Source: Nemertoderma westbladi (lineage: Eukaryota > Animalia > Xenacoelomorpha). From it: a stretch of DNA of 64,000 nucleotides. The stretch lies in NCBI GenBank assembly GCA_032718475.1, contig JAUCBJ010000295.1, positions 1-64,000 of the forward strand, in the 5' to 3' direction. Each line of letters begins with the position of its first letter. Position 1 is the stretch's first letter. Both the position numbers and the translations under genes were made by a program. Positions 13,730-27,027 of this stretch are shown here, in pieces. Below the pieces are notes generated by a model. It did no database searches. It was given only the letters and a program-made list of their open reading frames with translations, and was not told the origin of the DNA.

Positions 13730-14249
13730 AATTTAGTGCTGACTTCTGGACTTAGGCTTCTACTGCAGTACTGTACTACAGTCTGACAGTGACAGTACAA
13801 CTGTACTTCAGTACTTCAGTACTTACTACCAACCGACCGAGAACTAGAAACACTACAAACTGCAGGTGCCCTGTCCTGCTGTCTGCTTGTACACTACAGT
13901 ACTTTTACAACAACAGCACTGGTGGGGGATAGTTACTCCTACTCCTCCGAAATTTACCAAACATTATCTGACTGATAAAACAACCTCATTTATTTATTTA
14001 TTATTTATTTCTGATCGTTCAACAAATATTTTTATATATCTCACCATGACCTACTATAACAGTAATAGTTATATATATACTGCTATAACTGTTATAGTAG
14101 GTCATGATCTCACATATATACAAATGGCACCATTCATTATTATTAATATTATTAAACACACTCAAATTAACAGCTAAATTAATACATACTGTACCTACTG
14201 TATTTCGACTAAACACTGTGTACCTCTTAAATCAACTGCGCGCACCAAC

Positions 14250-15780
14250 CCGACCAATAATGATTGAATTATAGTAATATTTCGAGCAGCAATTTGTTTC
14301 TGCGGCTAAAATATTCAAAATCCCAAAAACACGGTTCTGAACGCGTAATTACATATAAGTAATATACTTTTCCTCGAAAATAATTGTTGGCTATGCCCCC
14401 GCAGTCCAACTCTAGGTGCATACGAAAAGAGTGACTCAAAAGGAACAACGATAGAATACACAAATTTTATGTCGGAAACTATTCGGCGTACTTCCAATGG
14501 TTCCCAGCTTCAGAAAATACAATCTTGAGAGATAGTCTGAAGTTACGAGAGAACATCTCGCATAGAGCCTCCGCGTAAATTATCGCTAGCTCTCTATCAT
14601 GTCTATTGAGTACTTCAGAAAAGGATACCAAACAGGGGCACAGTATTCAAATAAAGGACGCGTTTTATAAACTGTGAGAAGTGCATTGCAAATTGCGGCG
14701 GAAGCAGACGGAATATCACGTTAATTATGTTCAGTACTTTCTTAGACTGCGATTTGCGTATAATTTGAAATTTAGTTCACTTGACATAAATTTGCCAAAA
14801 AGTCGCCTTTACATATTTGGTGTTCACCGTTTACCTGCTTGTCTTAAAGGGGAAGCAATGCACTTACCCAAATGGTACTGTAAAAGAGTTTAGGATTACT
14901 TGTACCTATATAATACAGCGCACTAGTGAGCAGCAATATTGAGCAGCCAATTGCATGACCAATTAAAAAGTTCGTGTAATGCGTCCGATAGATTTTGGTG
15001 CTCATGCGAGTGTGCAGACAGTTTAACATCATCTGCGAATAATTTACAGACCACACTATGAACAGTTTCAGGCAAGTCATACATAAAGATGACAAAAAGT
15101 AATGGCCCGAGAACAATTCATTACGGCGGTTTCTAGTGCATTACCAACCAAGAATCGCTGGGTTCTATTATTAAGGAATGCACTGATCCATAAAAATACA
15201 GTACATTTCTGTACCTTTCACACCATATGATTGTACTGTAGTATACTAATCAATTCTGAATGTACCACCGAATCAAATGCCTTGGCAAAGTCTATATATA
15301 CTATCTATGATATGTTTACTATCTATCTATGTAGTAGAATGTAAGTCAAGTCATACCAATCATTCGTACACAGTAACATTTGACTGCAAGTACTACTACG
15401 TATAAGGAACCCATGTTGGACCTTCGTAATAAGATTACAGTATGTTCAAACAAATATTTAGTTAGATCGTCCTTCACTCACACACAGTTCCATTATTTTA
15501 CAGGCGATACAAGTCAGCGACATAGGTCTATAATAATTATATGGATCCTATGGATCCCCCATTTAATACGTACTGTATATTGGGACCACATTTGCAGGAA
15601 GCCAAATTGCAGGTAACGAACGTAGAGCCCCTTTACTAAAAATAATACTGGGCAGGTCATCTGGTGTTAGGCTTGTTTTCGGAGCCAACTTTTTAAGCAT
15701 TGAATAAACATGGCCAGGTGAGAAGTCTGCATTGGAAATATGTGCCCCATCTAGAACCCTAGTAGGGAAGGTTGGTATCA
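14250..15780 (-). pseudogene. Decayed CR1/L2-like LINE ORF2 fragment
   Basis: Manual minus-strand translation gives YRPMSLTCIACKIME, VYIDFAKAFDSV, VLGPLLFVIF...KLFADDVKL, LEVRRIVSD; many disruptions; boundaries approximate. Confidence 0.85.
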
Positions 15781-16163
15781 AACCATTATACCCTGCGAGT
15801 GTACCTGCGAGGAAATATGGGCTTTCACTGAGTCCGTTACCAGGGACGGATTAAGGGGGGGGGGGGGGGGGGGGGGGGGCAACAGCAACAGGGGTAGTTG
15901 CCGGGGGCCCGTAAGTTGGAAGAGGCCCGCAATAAGTTGTGAGAAATTTACCGAACATTGTCTCACTGATAAAACAACCTCATTTATTTATTAATTTCTG
16001 GCTGTTCAATAAATATTTATATCTCACTTACTGTATAGCACAATTTATAGAAAGATAGACCATGCCTGATTAGAGAATGCCATTAAAACAAAATAGAAAG
16101 GCCCTGAAATGGTAGGCAAAGGATAGCAGAAGCCAATGTCATAAATATTCATTCCAGAACATG

Positions 16164-16704
16164 TGGACGGTGTTATGCAAAAGGGTGTTATCCCACATTT
16201 TGTCGAAATTGAGTTTTTGGTATCATTCGATAGAGGAAAGTGTAGGCCCAATCTACCAATCTATGAGATCCTATTGCCCAATAATACGAAGAAATGCCTT
16301 AAAAATACAAGAAAGTTAAGCCACAGTCCGGCTTTGTGATAAATTCAAAGAGTGTCAAATGACAAATAATATTGCAAAAAAGATTTAAACCACATAATAA
16401 TTGTGTGGCTTGACATCTTTTGACATCTTTTTGTAAGTATGACACCTTTTGACAATTTAACCTTTTGCCAATTATGAAGTTTTCCAAAAGTGTTAAGCCA
16501 CATATTGATCAATATTTCGGAGAAAATGCTATATTCTAGCACACTAACTTGAAAAATACTTTAATTTCCATGAATGTTTTCTTATAAAAACACAACAGTA
16601 TCTGGATAATACAACAACGATCACACAGGATGTTAAAAACTTTGACATCGATTATCTCAAATTGCGCTTTTGTGGATTAACACCCTTTTGCATAACACCG
16701 TCCA
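16164..16704. mobile_element. MITE-like element with ~34-bp terminal inverted repeats
   Basis: TGGACGGTGTTATGCAAAAGGGTGTTA at 16164 and its reverse complement ending at 16704; no coding capacity. Confidence 0.75.
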
Positions 16705-16937
16705 TCTAATTATTTAACTTGAGGTGAACCAGTAGTCAGGCCCGTATGGTGATCATAATATCTGAGGGGGCAGAGGCCAAATCTGGGGGGGGCAAACCTT
16801 TAACTGGGTTTGTGGGGACATACCGCAAAGTGAGTGTTAATTTAGTACATAAAAAGTCAATATTGTTGAAGAGCGTGTGGGGCAAGCCACGAAGTTGGCG
16901 GAGCCTTGGCGAACTGACACTGTTAAGGAGTACTGAA

Positions 16938-19136
16938 TGTCAATAAAATGGCAAATAGTTGTTGACGTAACGATTTCATTAACTTAACATTCAAATAACT
17001 TTTCAGATTTAAAGCTGTCGAATTGAAAATTTGTAGGCATAAATATGTCCAAAACTTGACATTATTTAGCGACTTTTGACACCAACAGTTCAGCAGTCTC
17101 CCGCTAGATGGCTACATGTCTAAGCATAAAATGTCCTCCCATTTCTTTTCTTTTCATCCATAATCTGTTTCAGCGGAAACTTGGCAGAATTGTACTAGAC
17201 CATTTGCTGTGTCATTTAATCTTTTTCTGAGGTCTTAAATCGACTGCAGATTTCCCTAAAGTCTTTCTAAAAAACATTCATTCAAATAATACATGAAACA
17301 TTTAGTGAAACAAGATTAATGCTTGACAAGATTGATTAATTTAATAACATAATACAATATCAGATTAACAATTAATATAAGAGAAACTGCACTGTAGTAT
17401 CTCTGTGTATACGCAGTTTCATTATAATGACCTAATGAAGCCCTGTTGGGAGAAAGCTTGTAATAACATTTGTTATTCATTTCATTAGTCACCTCAGGTC
17501 AAACCGTACTACCTTAACTGATTAATTAATATGATAACTATGGTGACGAGAGCGCGAGAATTCCTTCTTAAAAACTAAGAAAGGCTTTCGACTTTCAAGT
17601 ACGATAGAACGGCTACAATCTTGTGTTGTTTTAGCTTAGTAGAGATATTAAAATATCCCCTGCCGCTGGCGTTTATATTTGAGCATATTTTAAATGTTTG
17701 CCTCATATTCAATTGATGTGTACTGCTTACTGGCAAAGCTGCACCCAGTTTAAACTATCAATCACAGCTAGTGAGTAGCGACCCACGGACGGCGACCTTC
17801 AAACAAACAGGTGCAGAGTCGGAAAGAACTGTCACATGCTTTGCTTGGCTTGTGGTAATTACATATACTGTATTTTGGCAGACTGGGCGGTCGCTCTGAC
17901 AATATGTATTGCGCACCAACAATGCCTAAAAAATCTATGGGAACAGCCAATTAGTGCGCTTGAATCATTTATCTTTATTCCTGCCTCTATCGTTATTCTT
18001 TACTTTGTGCAACACAATTTACAGTGCGGCAAAGTATGGCTGGTTGACCATTGAAATGCATTGGTAAAGGTATTCGGCGTTCACGTGGGCTAAACAAATT
18101 TAAACAGTACAGTTTTAGGACTATACATTAATATAGATAGGGCAACAGACAAACTGTCTATGACACAAATACCAACACATTCCGATAGCCCGCAATTATG
18201 GCGTCTCTAAAGAGTCAAAATATAAATTAATAAAATCCTCTATGAAACAATAAAAATACCTACAAAAAATACTGCTGTATTAAATATTAGTTACTGCAGT
18301 AACATATAACAATTACTGCAGTAACAAACTGCAGTAATAAATATTTATTACTGCAGTAACAAATATTTATTACTGCAATAATCAATATTAATAAATTAAT
18401 AAATAATTGAATAAAAATTTATACTGCAGTAATCAATATTAATAAATAATTGAATAAAAATTTCTACTGCAGTAATAAATTATTTGTTCCTGCAGAAAAA
18501 GACAATTTTTTATTACTGCAGTAAGTTTAATTCTTACTTTCAGTAACAAATACAGTATTTATTACTGCAGTATTTTTTGGAGGCATCTTTATTGTTTCAT
18601 AGAGGTTTTTATTACTTATATTTTACCCAATAGTCAAAGTCAATATACCCCATACCATAGCCAGCTTCAGGCAGGACTGTATGAAATGACTGACAGTACT
18701 ACTGTGAAATCTTTGAGGACACTTTGTCATTTTCTTGGACCACTTTTAGAAATTTGAGACACTTTTAGTTCTTTGAGAAAATCTCAAAGAACAGATGCAC
18801 TTTGAGACCCCGACTGTATGTCAATAAAATGGCAAATAGTTGTTGACGTAACGATTTCATTAACTTAACATTCAAATAACTTTTCAGATTTAAAGCTGTC
18901 GAATTGAAAATTTGTAGGCATAAATATGTCCAAAACTTGACATTATTTAGCGACTTTTGACATCAACAGTTCAGCAGTCTCCCGCTAGATGGCTACATGT
19001 CTAAGCATAAAATGTCCTCCCATTTCTTTTCTTTTAATCCATAATCTGTTTCAGCGGAAACTTGGCAGAATTGTACTAGACCATTTGCTGTGTCATTTAA
19101 TCTTTTTCTGAGGTCTTAAATCGACTGCAGATTTCC
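16938..19136 (+). repeat. ~318-bp near-identical direct repeat (16938-17255 and 18819-19136)
   Basis: Direct comparison; offset 1881 bp. Confidence 0.9.
18217..18624. mobile_element. Foldback/MITE-like inverted repeat with internal TTACTGCAGTAA subrepeats
   Basis: ~65-bp imperfect inverted arms (CCTCTATGAAACAATAAA / TTTATTGTTTCATAGAGG) around a palindromic-motif array. Confidence 0.7.
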
Positions 19137-19944
19137 AGACTGTGACCTAGACTGCCTCTAGGTGTAAAGTGATCAAGGGACATCTGCTTAGATTTTGCCT
19201 ATATTTCTTTCGCGTTAGCACTTACATAAGTTCATGTCACGTGCTGCGCGAAGGACCCATTTCAGGTATAATATGGTTAAGGTTAAGTTCTAGACTTTTA
19301 GCTACAAGCTGGCTCCCAAATTAAAGACAAATAGACAATGGGTCAACAACAAACAACCCCTGGTAGCCAATGAGAGAACCTGAGCTTTCGGGTATTTTTT
19401 AGTAATTTAGGTAGGTAGGTCACTGTCATGTAGTAACCTATTATATAATTGGACCAAAATGGGATGGTGGGGAGTCGAGTCAGGTCAGTATGTAGAAGTG
19501 TGTATCCTATTATAAGTGTATCATATCAATGTGTATCCAATAATATTGATCAGTGGGGTCAACAACAACAATATTATTATTAATTAATTGTGAACAAGAC
19601 GAGTGAACAAGACATGTCTGGGGGGGGGGGGGGGGGGGGCAGTGGGACTTGTCTGGGGGGGCAGTGCCCCCAAAGCCCCCCCCGCACGATACGGGCCTGC
19701 CAGTAGTGATAAGCAAGGAGTTACATTAGGGGTACTGCAGTATGTTACCTCGAGTCAGCTACCCAGACAGCGAGACTATCGACTTTGCTACTACGCAACT
19801 TGTAGGGTTTGAATTGACCTACTCTTATACTTTGAAGGTGTCTCTACCCCCACTAAATCGATAATTGCGGTTTCAATGAGCACATTTTGGATTCAGTGCA
19901 GTAATTGGAAGTACAGTATATTTGCAGTGAAACGCATATCTCAC

Positions 19945-20179
19945 ATAGACGGGCGTATGAAGCGCCGTTTACGCCAAAACTATCTGAATAAATATTATAC
20001 TCAAGATGTGTCAATAAAAAATATTATACTTAAGATGTATCTAAATTCTCGGCCGAGATCTCGGCCGAGAATTTAGATACATCTTAATAAGTATAATATT
20101 TTTTATTGACACATCTTGAGTATAATATTTATTCAGATAGTTTTGGCGTAAACGGCGCTTTTCATACGGGCGCGTCTAT
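19945..20179. repeat. Spacerless ~235-bp palindrome
   Basis: Arms reverse-complementary around AGATCT (centre 20058/20059) with only small indels. Confidence 0.9.
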
Positions 20180-20848
20180 ATTGGGTTCCGGCGACTGAAA
20201 CCTTTTGTAGAATATCTCGAGAAATAATCACTCTACATTCATTTTGAAGGTGGCTAGCCCCACTATATCTGTATATCGATCATTGCGATTCGAATGTATA
20301 ATATCTTTGCAATATGAGTTAGCATAAGTTATTTGGTATGGTAATAACCAAAATGGCTGATGCAGTGATATGGGTGTAGTCATGACAGTCAGACAGTGTC
20401 AATTGACTGAATTGAGTGAAAACATGTTGCTACATGCCTAGAACTAGTTTCCACTCAAATTATAGTAAGATTTTGAACACAATATTTTACACATTTTTGC
20501 ATTATTTAATAGCTGAGCCGAGTTGAATATCGAAAAAAAAAAATTTGGGCCACCCTACACTGCTGTACACTGTCTGACTGAACAGCTGTATAGAATCCTT
20601 GTAACGCAAGCTTTTTAATAATATGAAAAAATTACGACTAATGTGAAGAATGGCCACGATACGGAGAGTGCGATTTCGCAAAAGACACTTTTTTAAAACG
20701 CTTCTAAAAAAAAATTAAAGGGCAAATCGAAAATTCCGGTTTCATGGGGTCAACGACGATGAGTTGAACTAGTTCTGTTTCAAATTTCAAGCAATATGAT
20801 AAAGATCTGTAGAAAAATCTGGGGGGGGGGGGGGGGGGGGGGGCTGGG

Positions 20849-22606
20849 GGTTCCGCGTCGTTGGGTCCTTTGGTCGTTAGGTCCTGCGTCGTTAGGTCCT
20901 GCGTCGTTAGGTCCTGAGGCATTAGGTCCTGCGACATTAGGTCCTGCGTCATTAGGTCCTGTTGTGTCATATCGTGCGACGTTAGGTCCTGTGGAGCGTC
21001 GTTAGGTCCTGCCTGCCTGCGTCGTTAGGTCCTGTATTCCACTACTGTACAGTGAACAGGCTGACAGCAGGACAGGTACCGGTGTCCGGTAGGCCACTGC
21101 AGCTGCACTGTATACTGGTATACAAGGTATATGGCAATATCGTAGGTACCGGTAGTAGAAAGGGTAGGTCGGTATAAACGGTAGGTTGGGCCTGAGAACA
21201 GCCTACCGTGACAACCCTGCAGTAAAGAGGTGGATTCGAAGGGTTGTAGCTCTTTGTATGGTTCCTGTCCCCTTAGTGCTTCATGTCTTCGAGCAATTAA
21301 AGACAGATGTACCAGTTGTAGGACCACCCGGCGATATACAATTACGTGTTTTCATTGACTACTTTGTGTGGTGGCTGCGCCCTGATATGTTAGAAATATG
21401 GAACCATTACAGCATTACGACAATAATGGACCACGAACGACCAACCATGCGGAAGGTTATCATAATGCTCTGCGAACGCATTTCCATCACAAACGTCCTG
21501 ATTTAGGGGAGTTCCTGTTTGTTGTTCAACAACTTATTCACAACTGCGCAATTCGGGGACGTAAATTATTGGTTGGCATGTAGCCCAACCAAAGCGACCA
21601 AGTTATCTACGAATTGATCGCGAAATAAAGTTGGCGAGGGATGATCTTGCTTCTAAATTGGACCACATGGCAGACAACATTATTCCAATCCTAATACCCC
21701 AGCTACTGTATCCATACCTTGATCGAATGGAAAAGTTAGTCGCAGGGAAATCATTGCTAGAAGGATCCAGTTCTTATTGTTGGATTACTACTTAACCGTG
21801 AACTTGAAAGAACTACTTAACTGAGTTATTTTTGTATACCGGTACCATTCAAAATCGTTCTAATTTTTACTTTAATCATTTATTCATTCTTTATAGTGTT
21901 GTGTTTGTGTTATCATATGCTAATGTTGTTAAACATATGTGAAAATATGTGTTAGTAATGTTGAAGATAAAAGTACTTGCGGCTATTTGAATCAAGTTTT
22001 GAGTGGGCGTTTATTTGGGAGCGGGAGGGAGGGGGAACTTTTTTCTATTTATGTGAACTATTTTTGTAGGTCGTATGAGCAGTGCTCACGGGAACTGTGC
22101 TAGTCCAGTAGTCAATTGGTTTAGGAGAATGGTTTAGGGACGCAGTACTCGTCACCATAGAACATTACAAGCCTCGTTGCGCTCGTCCTGTTTTATCCGA
22201 AAATATATTTCATAACGTAGACTGACGATGAACTAAAGATGACACTGTCGTCACCATAGAACATTACAAGCCTCGTTGCGCTCGACCTGTTTTAGTCGAA
22301 AATATTTCTCATAACGTTAACTTTATAACTATGAAAAATGACAAAATGAAATTTGAAATTAAAAATTAAAAAAACTGAAAAATCTGGAAACCCTCCAATC
22401 GCCAAAGCCGCAGACAGCAGAGGACCTAATGACGCAGGACCTAACGACCAAAGGACCTAATGACGCTATTATAGAAGACCTAATGTCGCAGGACCTAATG
22501 ACGCAGGACTTAACGCCGCAGGACCTAATGCCGCAGGACCTAACGACCACTCACAGGACCTAATGACGCGGGACCTAACGACCAAAGGACCTAATGACGC
22601 GTTACC
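20849..22606 (+). mobile_element. Mutator-like (MULE) foldback-type element with transposase remnant
   Basis: Inverted terminal arrays of 15-bp GCGTCGTTAGGTCCT; 8-bp TSD GGGCTGGG (20841-20848, 22607-22614); frameshifted WNHY...PRTTNHAEGYHN MULE C-terminal motif at ~21400-21470. Confidence 0.85.
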
Positions 22607-23110
22607 GGGCTGGGTCCGTGTCATCAGAAAATACACTAGGCCTATATTACGGGACATGGTGTATACAAATCTGTAATTCAGTAATTTCAGAATTTAGTAG
22701 CTACCAGAGTACTGGAGTACGGTACTGGGTACCGCGTACTGGTATCGAGTCAGTCGCTCCACAGCCGGCTGGCCGGTACATTATTCCAGTATTCAGTACA
22801 GCAGTACTGCACTGCAGTAGATACTGCTGTACTGAGGTTCTGGTAATCCAGTAATCAATCTGGCAGTCTGGTCAAGTAATTCTGTTAATTGTCAAATGTC
22901 AATAGGCCCTAGGCCTACTGCAAAACTGAAATAATAATAGGCCTAACTATTTATTCAGTTATTAGACAGTTAGACTACTCTACAACTCTATCTGTCTATT
23001 AACTCTGTAACTCTAGGTGCTCGTGCTAGGCCCTATTACCGTATTAGGCCTACCGCTTCCGGCGTCGACAAACATAAATAATTACCGGTACCAGATTTTC
23101 TGATATAATA

Positions 23111-24061
23111 ATGCTTCAAATACCGAGACATTTTCTACACAAGACCGCTGCTGCGCGGCAGACAACCACGGTCGCTCCTGTAACCACAAACAAAACAACG
23201 GTTAAGAAATCATACGACGACAGCCATATCGATGTGGCGAGTTTGCCGTGTTCCCCGGGGGGCTATCCTCCGGCTCCGTTCGACGAGATGGCGGGATACC
23301 CGGACTGGCCGGGGTGGAGGTCCAAGAAGTGGCTGTCCGAGGACGGCATCGAGGGTTCGTGGCAGGTTAAACAGCGCTTCATGACGCGGCGTCTCCCCGA
23401 CTCCTTGGGCGGCGGTTTCTTCCCGCCAAGGAAGTTCCCACGCCATCCGGACCCAACCCGACTCTACGTCATTCCGGAAGAATTCTTCCGACTGATGTAC
23501 CCGCATACCGGCGTCACCGGACCTTACCTTATCATGTTCGGGACAACTTTCTATATGTTGGGGAAGGAGATCCTCAACATCACTCCGGAGTTTGCTCACG
23601 TCATTACCGGCGTTCTCTTCCCCTTCATCGTCATAAAGACTTTCGGTAAGAAAGTCCAAGCGTACTGGATGAAGGGCACTACAGATTATTTGGCCCCGTT
23701 GGAGAAGATAAAAGAGGAGAAAGCTGATGAGTTTAGAGAGGAGAACGTTTTAATCGAAGAGGAAATACAGAGGATCGTTAATTTGGACAAGGTGAAAGAG
23801 GCTTACCTGGACGTTGTTGAAGATGCGTCCGCTGTTGAGGCGCGTGAGCGGGAACACGCGGTCGCTAAAGCGTTCCAGGATCGGTTGGAACACGCGCTCG
23901 CTGTAGAAACATCGGATAAACGAATCCGTCAGCAGCAGATGGTGGCCTGGGTGAAGGAAAGCGTTATAAAGAGTCTCAGTCCGGAACAAGAAAAGGAGTT
24001 TATTCAACAATGTATCAAAGACTTAAAGGAGATTGCGGGCCAACAGAAGTCCGTTGCTTAG
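23111..24061 (+). CDS. ATP5PB: Mitochondrial ATP synthase peripheral stalk subunit b
   Basis: 316 aa uninterrupted; basic presequence, IPEEFF..MYPHTGVTGPY, two hydrophobic segments, helical C-terminus QMVAWV...QEKEFIQQCIKDLK. Confidence 0.92.
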   Translation: MLQIPRHFLHKTAAARQTTTVAPVTTNKTTVKKSYDDSHIDVASLPCSPGGYPPAPFDEMAGYPDWPGWRSKKWLSEDGIEGSWQVKQRFMTRRLPDSLGGGFFPPRKFPRHPDPTRLYVIPEEFFRLMYPHTGVTGPYLIMFGTTFYMLGKEILNITPEFAHVITGVLFPFIVIKTFGKKVQAYWMKGTTDYLAPLEKIKEEKADEFREENVLIEEEIQRIVNLDKVKEAYLDVVEDASAVEAREREHAVAKAFQDRLEHALAVETSDKRIRQQQMVAWVKESVIKSLSPEQEKEFIQQCIKDLKEIAGQQKSVA

Positions 24062-25835
24062 GATTTTGGTTTGAACTAGTTTATAGATTGCGGTTCGTTT
24101 AGTTTATTTTTCGCACAGACTGTGAAATAGTTTCAGCCAATAGTTGGCGAGTTCTACGTTAATTATTGAGTTCATTGGATATATTTTATCTAGTTATTTG
24201 TATTTATTGAAGAATAATCAACAATGTCACCACCACCATTTATTTTCAGTTACTTTCCCATTTTTTTCCCTTTTTTTGAGGTTTGTTTTTTAAATTATTT
24301 CTCCAACTGTCCAAGATATTTGGAATATACTGAAAAGGATATGCCGCTGCGCCGATGTTTCCAGTGGGGTAGGTCCCCCAAGTAAACATTTTTCATTTAA
24401 TATAATATATATAAATCAGTTTGAAATCACCATTCGCTCACACGGTGAAACGACAAATGTAATACGAGTTGAGACGTGATTGATCGTCTTCAGTAAACAA
24501 AACTATTGGTTTCTCAAAATGGTTTTCATCCACATCAATTTTAAATACCTGTAATCGATTAGCAACAATAAATAGTCATTTCGAGAGCATAAAACTACCG
24601 AGAATAGTTACTGAGTTGCTATGACAACATTGAACTACCTAGATTAATTGCTCAGTTTCCGTGGCAACAGAAAATAATCGAGCAGCCGGAATATATAAAT
24701 CACCAATATAAGATACTTACTACAACATAAGATACTCTGTAATATAAAATAAAATAATCTGTAATATAAAATAAAATAATCTGTAATATAAAATAAAATA
24801 ATCTGAATGGAATAAAGTTGAAATTAAATGATTTTACTTTACTTTATTCGATTTTTAATACGGAATTAATTTATTAGTAATGTAATAATAAGTTAATGTG
24901 TTATAGTTAATATCAACCAAACCCATGGATTACACTCGGAATACAAATTATGATGTGCCGTGTTTTTATTATTGTTATACATTATGTCCACAGTACTATA
25001 TTTAGTATGATTACTATTAACACGTTAAGCCTCTAAATGTGCACTGGTGTGCATTTCAAACATTTTTGTTAATGTGGACCAGTAAACAGCCACTCGGATA
25101 GATAATACGGTTTGAGCACTGGTGTGCGTGCAATCCTTGTGCAGATTTGAAATACGGAAGGGAAAATGTCGTGTTTTCCTGTAGTGTGGAGCGGATGTGT
25201 AGTGACGTAATAAGCAATTTTTGATTACGTCATAATTTAAGAAAAGCATTCCACCAAGCTAAAAGTTTTGTTATGGGTTTTATCCTGGTTGCTGATTTCA
25301 TTTCCGACGTTAGGTTTCATTTTTAACAAAACACTGTCTGTCTGTCGGTTTTTCTGTCTGTCCTGCGATCTGTCTGTCAAATTAATAGGAAAGCATACCA
25401 ACTAACTAAAATTTTTGTTATGGGGGTTTTAATGGTCGGTGATTTCATTTCCGATGTCAGTTTTTAGTATTACGTCATCCACATTGTCTGTTATGCTGTC
25501 GGTCATATTTTGACGGACAGACCGATAGTAATTAAGACAGACATGACGTAGTCAAATGAGAAAACTGACTTCAGAAATGAAATCAACAACCAGGAAAACA
25601 ACAGTTGCCACAAAATTTTCACCTGGGATGTGTGCATTCTAACATTTGAATTAATTAACTTACCCTATAACGATAAACTTTAAATGCATTTTCTGATGAA
25701 TGCAAATTTTAAATTTAAATAAAGTGTCAAATATATGTAAAAAATTACAAAATGTGTCAAAAATGTGGCAAAAAAACAGTTTTTTCAAATAATTTTTTAA
25801 CATTTTTCTTATTTAGGATTTATCAAAATTCTGGT

Positions 25836-26788
25836 CAGGGACACGATACGATTTTACGATACGAAAACGGATTTTCGTATCGCAGTATTTTATTCGTATC
25901 GTATTATAAAAATTGACTTCGTCGTATAATACGAATAAATATTTTTCGTATTTCGATTCGTATTTTCGTATCTTATTATTTTGTAAATATTAATGTTTTC
26001 AACAGTCTAACCACTTGTTAGACTGTTAGACCACAACGATCACACCACTTGTTTATTTACATTTTTTTTCTCAAAATGTTGGTGTATAAATTATGTTACA
26101 GATTACAGTTTCATTATGTCAATAAAATGTGTAAAACAGGATCGTTAATCTCATTGTAATTAACTGTAGAATCATAATAAAAATACCACTGAAATATAAT
26201 AATTACATAAATTTGTGAGGAGAACTCTAGTCACGCCTAAGGCATTGATGTTATGATAACGCATTAGGCGTGACTAGATAAAGGCATTCTAGTGAGAGAA
26301 TAAAATTTTAGTAATTAGTTTGACTTCGAAATTGAAGTTTTGAATGGTATTCCATATTGGCACATCAAATTCAAAATTATTCCATAAATAACGGCAGTAG
26401 TAGTAGGCCTACAGTATGTACTGTACGTACGGCAGAGCAGCAGTACTGTACAGTGTGAATAAAAAGTGGCATGGAAATATGGATACGCCTAAAATATTGG
26501 GCCGTTTTGCATAACGTCCTTATGGATGTTATAGCCAGTAGACACACTATTGATGTACAGTAGCAAGCATAGGCCTACTGGAACATTGAAATAAAATATA
26601 TTTGCCTATTATATAGAGATTTATGTGATTTAAAGTGTAAGACAAAATACAATAATGTTTTTCCTCAATTCTTAGATAAAATACGATACGAAAAAAATAC
26701 GAAACTTTTTTCGTATCGTATTTTCTCAAAATTGCATTCGTATCGTATCGAGAAAAATTGGTTTGTATCGTATCGTATCCTGTCCCTC
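25836..26788. mobile_element. Non-autonomous hAT-like element (953 bp)
   Basis: Termini CAGGGACACGATACGAT / ATCGTATCCTGTCCCTC, subterminal GATAC/CGTAT repeats, 8-bp TSD ATTCTGGT (25828-25835, 26789-26796). Confidence 0.85.
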
Positions 26789-27027
26789 ATTCTGGTAATA
26801 GGGTCGAATGAGAATGACGTGCACTAATGATGGAATTTTAATTTTGGGCACTTGTTGACCTTCCCTCTAAAAGCCTTGGCATTTTAAAAAATAATTGCAT
26901 AAATTATGTTAATTAGGTTAAATTATGTTAATTAGGTTAAATTTAAAATATAATTGCATAAATTATTAAATTATGTTAATTAGGTAAAACAATTAAAATT
27001 TGGAAAATGTTTTTGAAAATTGTTTAT

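Larger units (their letters stand above)
16737..19699. mobile_element. Non-autonomous hAT-like DNA transposon (~2.96 kb)
   Basis: 15-bp TIRs CAGGCCCGTAT(G/C)GTG; 8-bp TSD CCAGTAGT at 16729-16736 and 19700-19707. Confidence 0.85.

Noticed and set aside
17432-17462. Hammerhead-like CTAATGA-AGCCC..GGGA-GAAAGCTTGTA
   Set aside because: A core G is mutated and there is no convincing helix I; at best a dead relic
16938-19136. TRIM/LTR element defined by the 318-bp direct repeats
   Set aside because: No consistent CA end, PBS, PPT or TSD; lies within a TIR element
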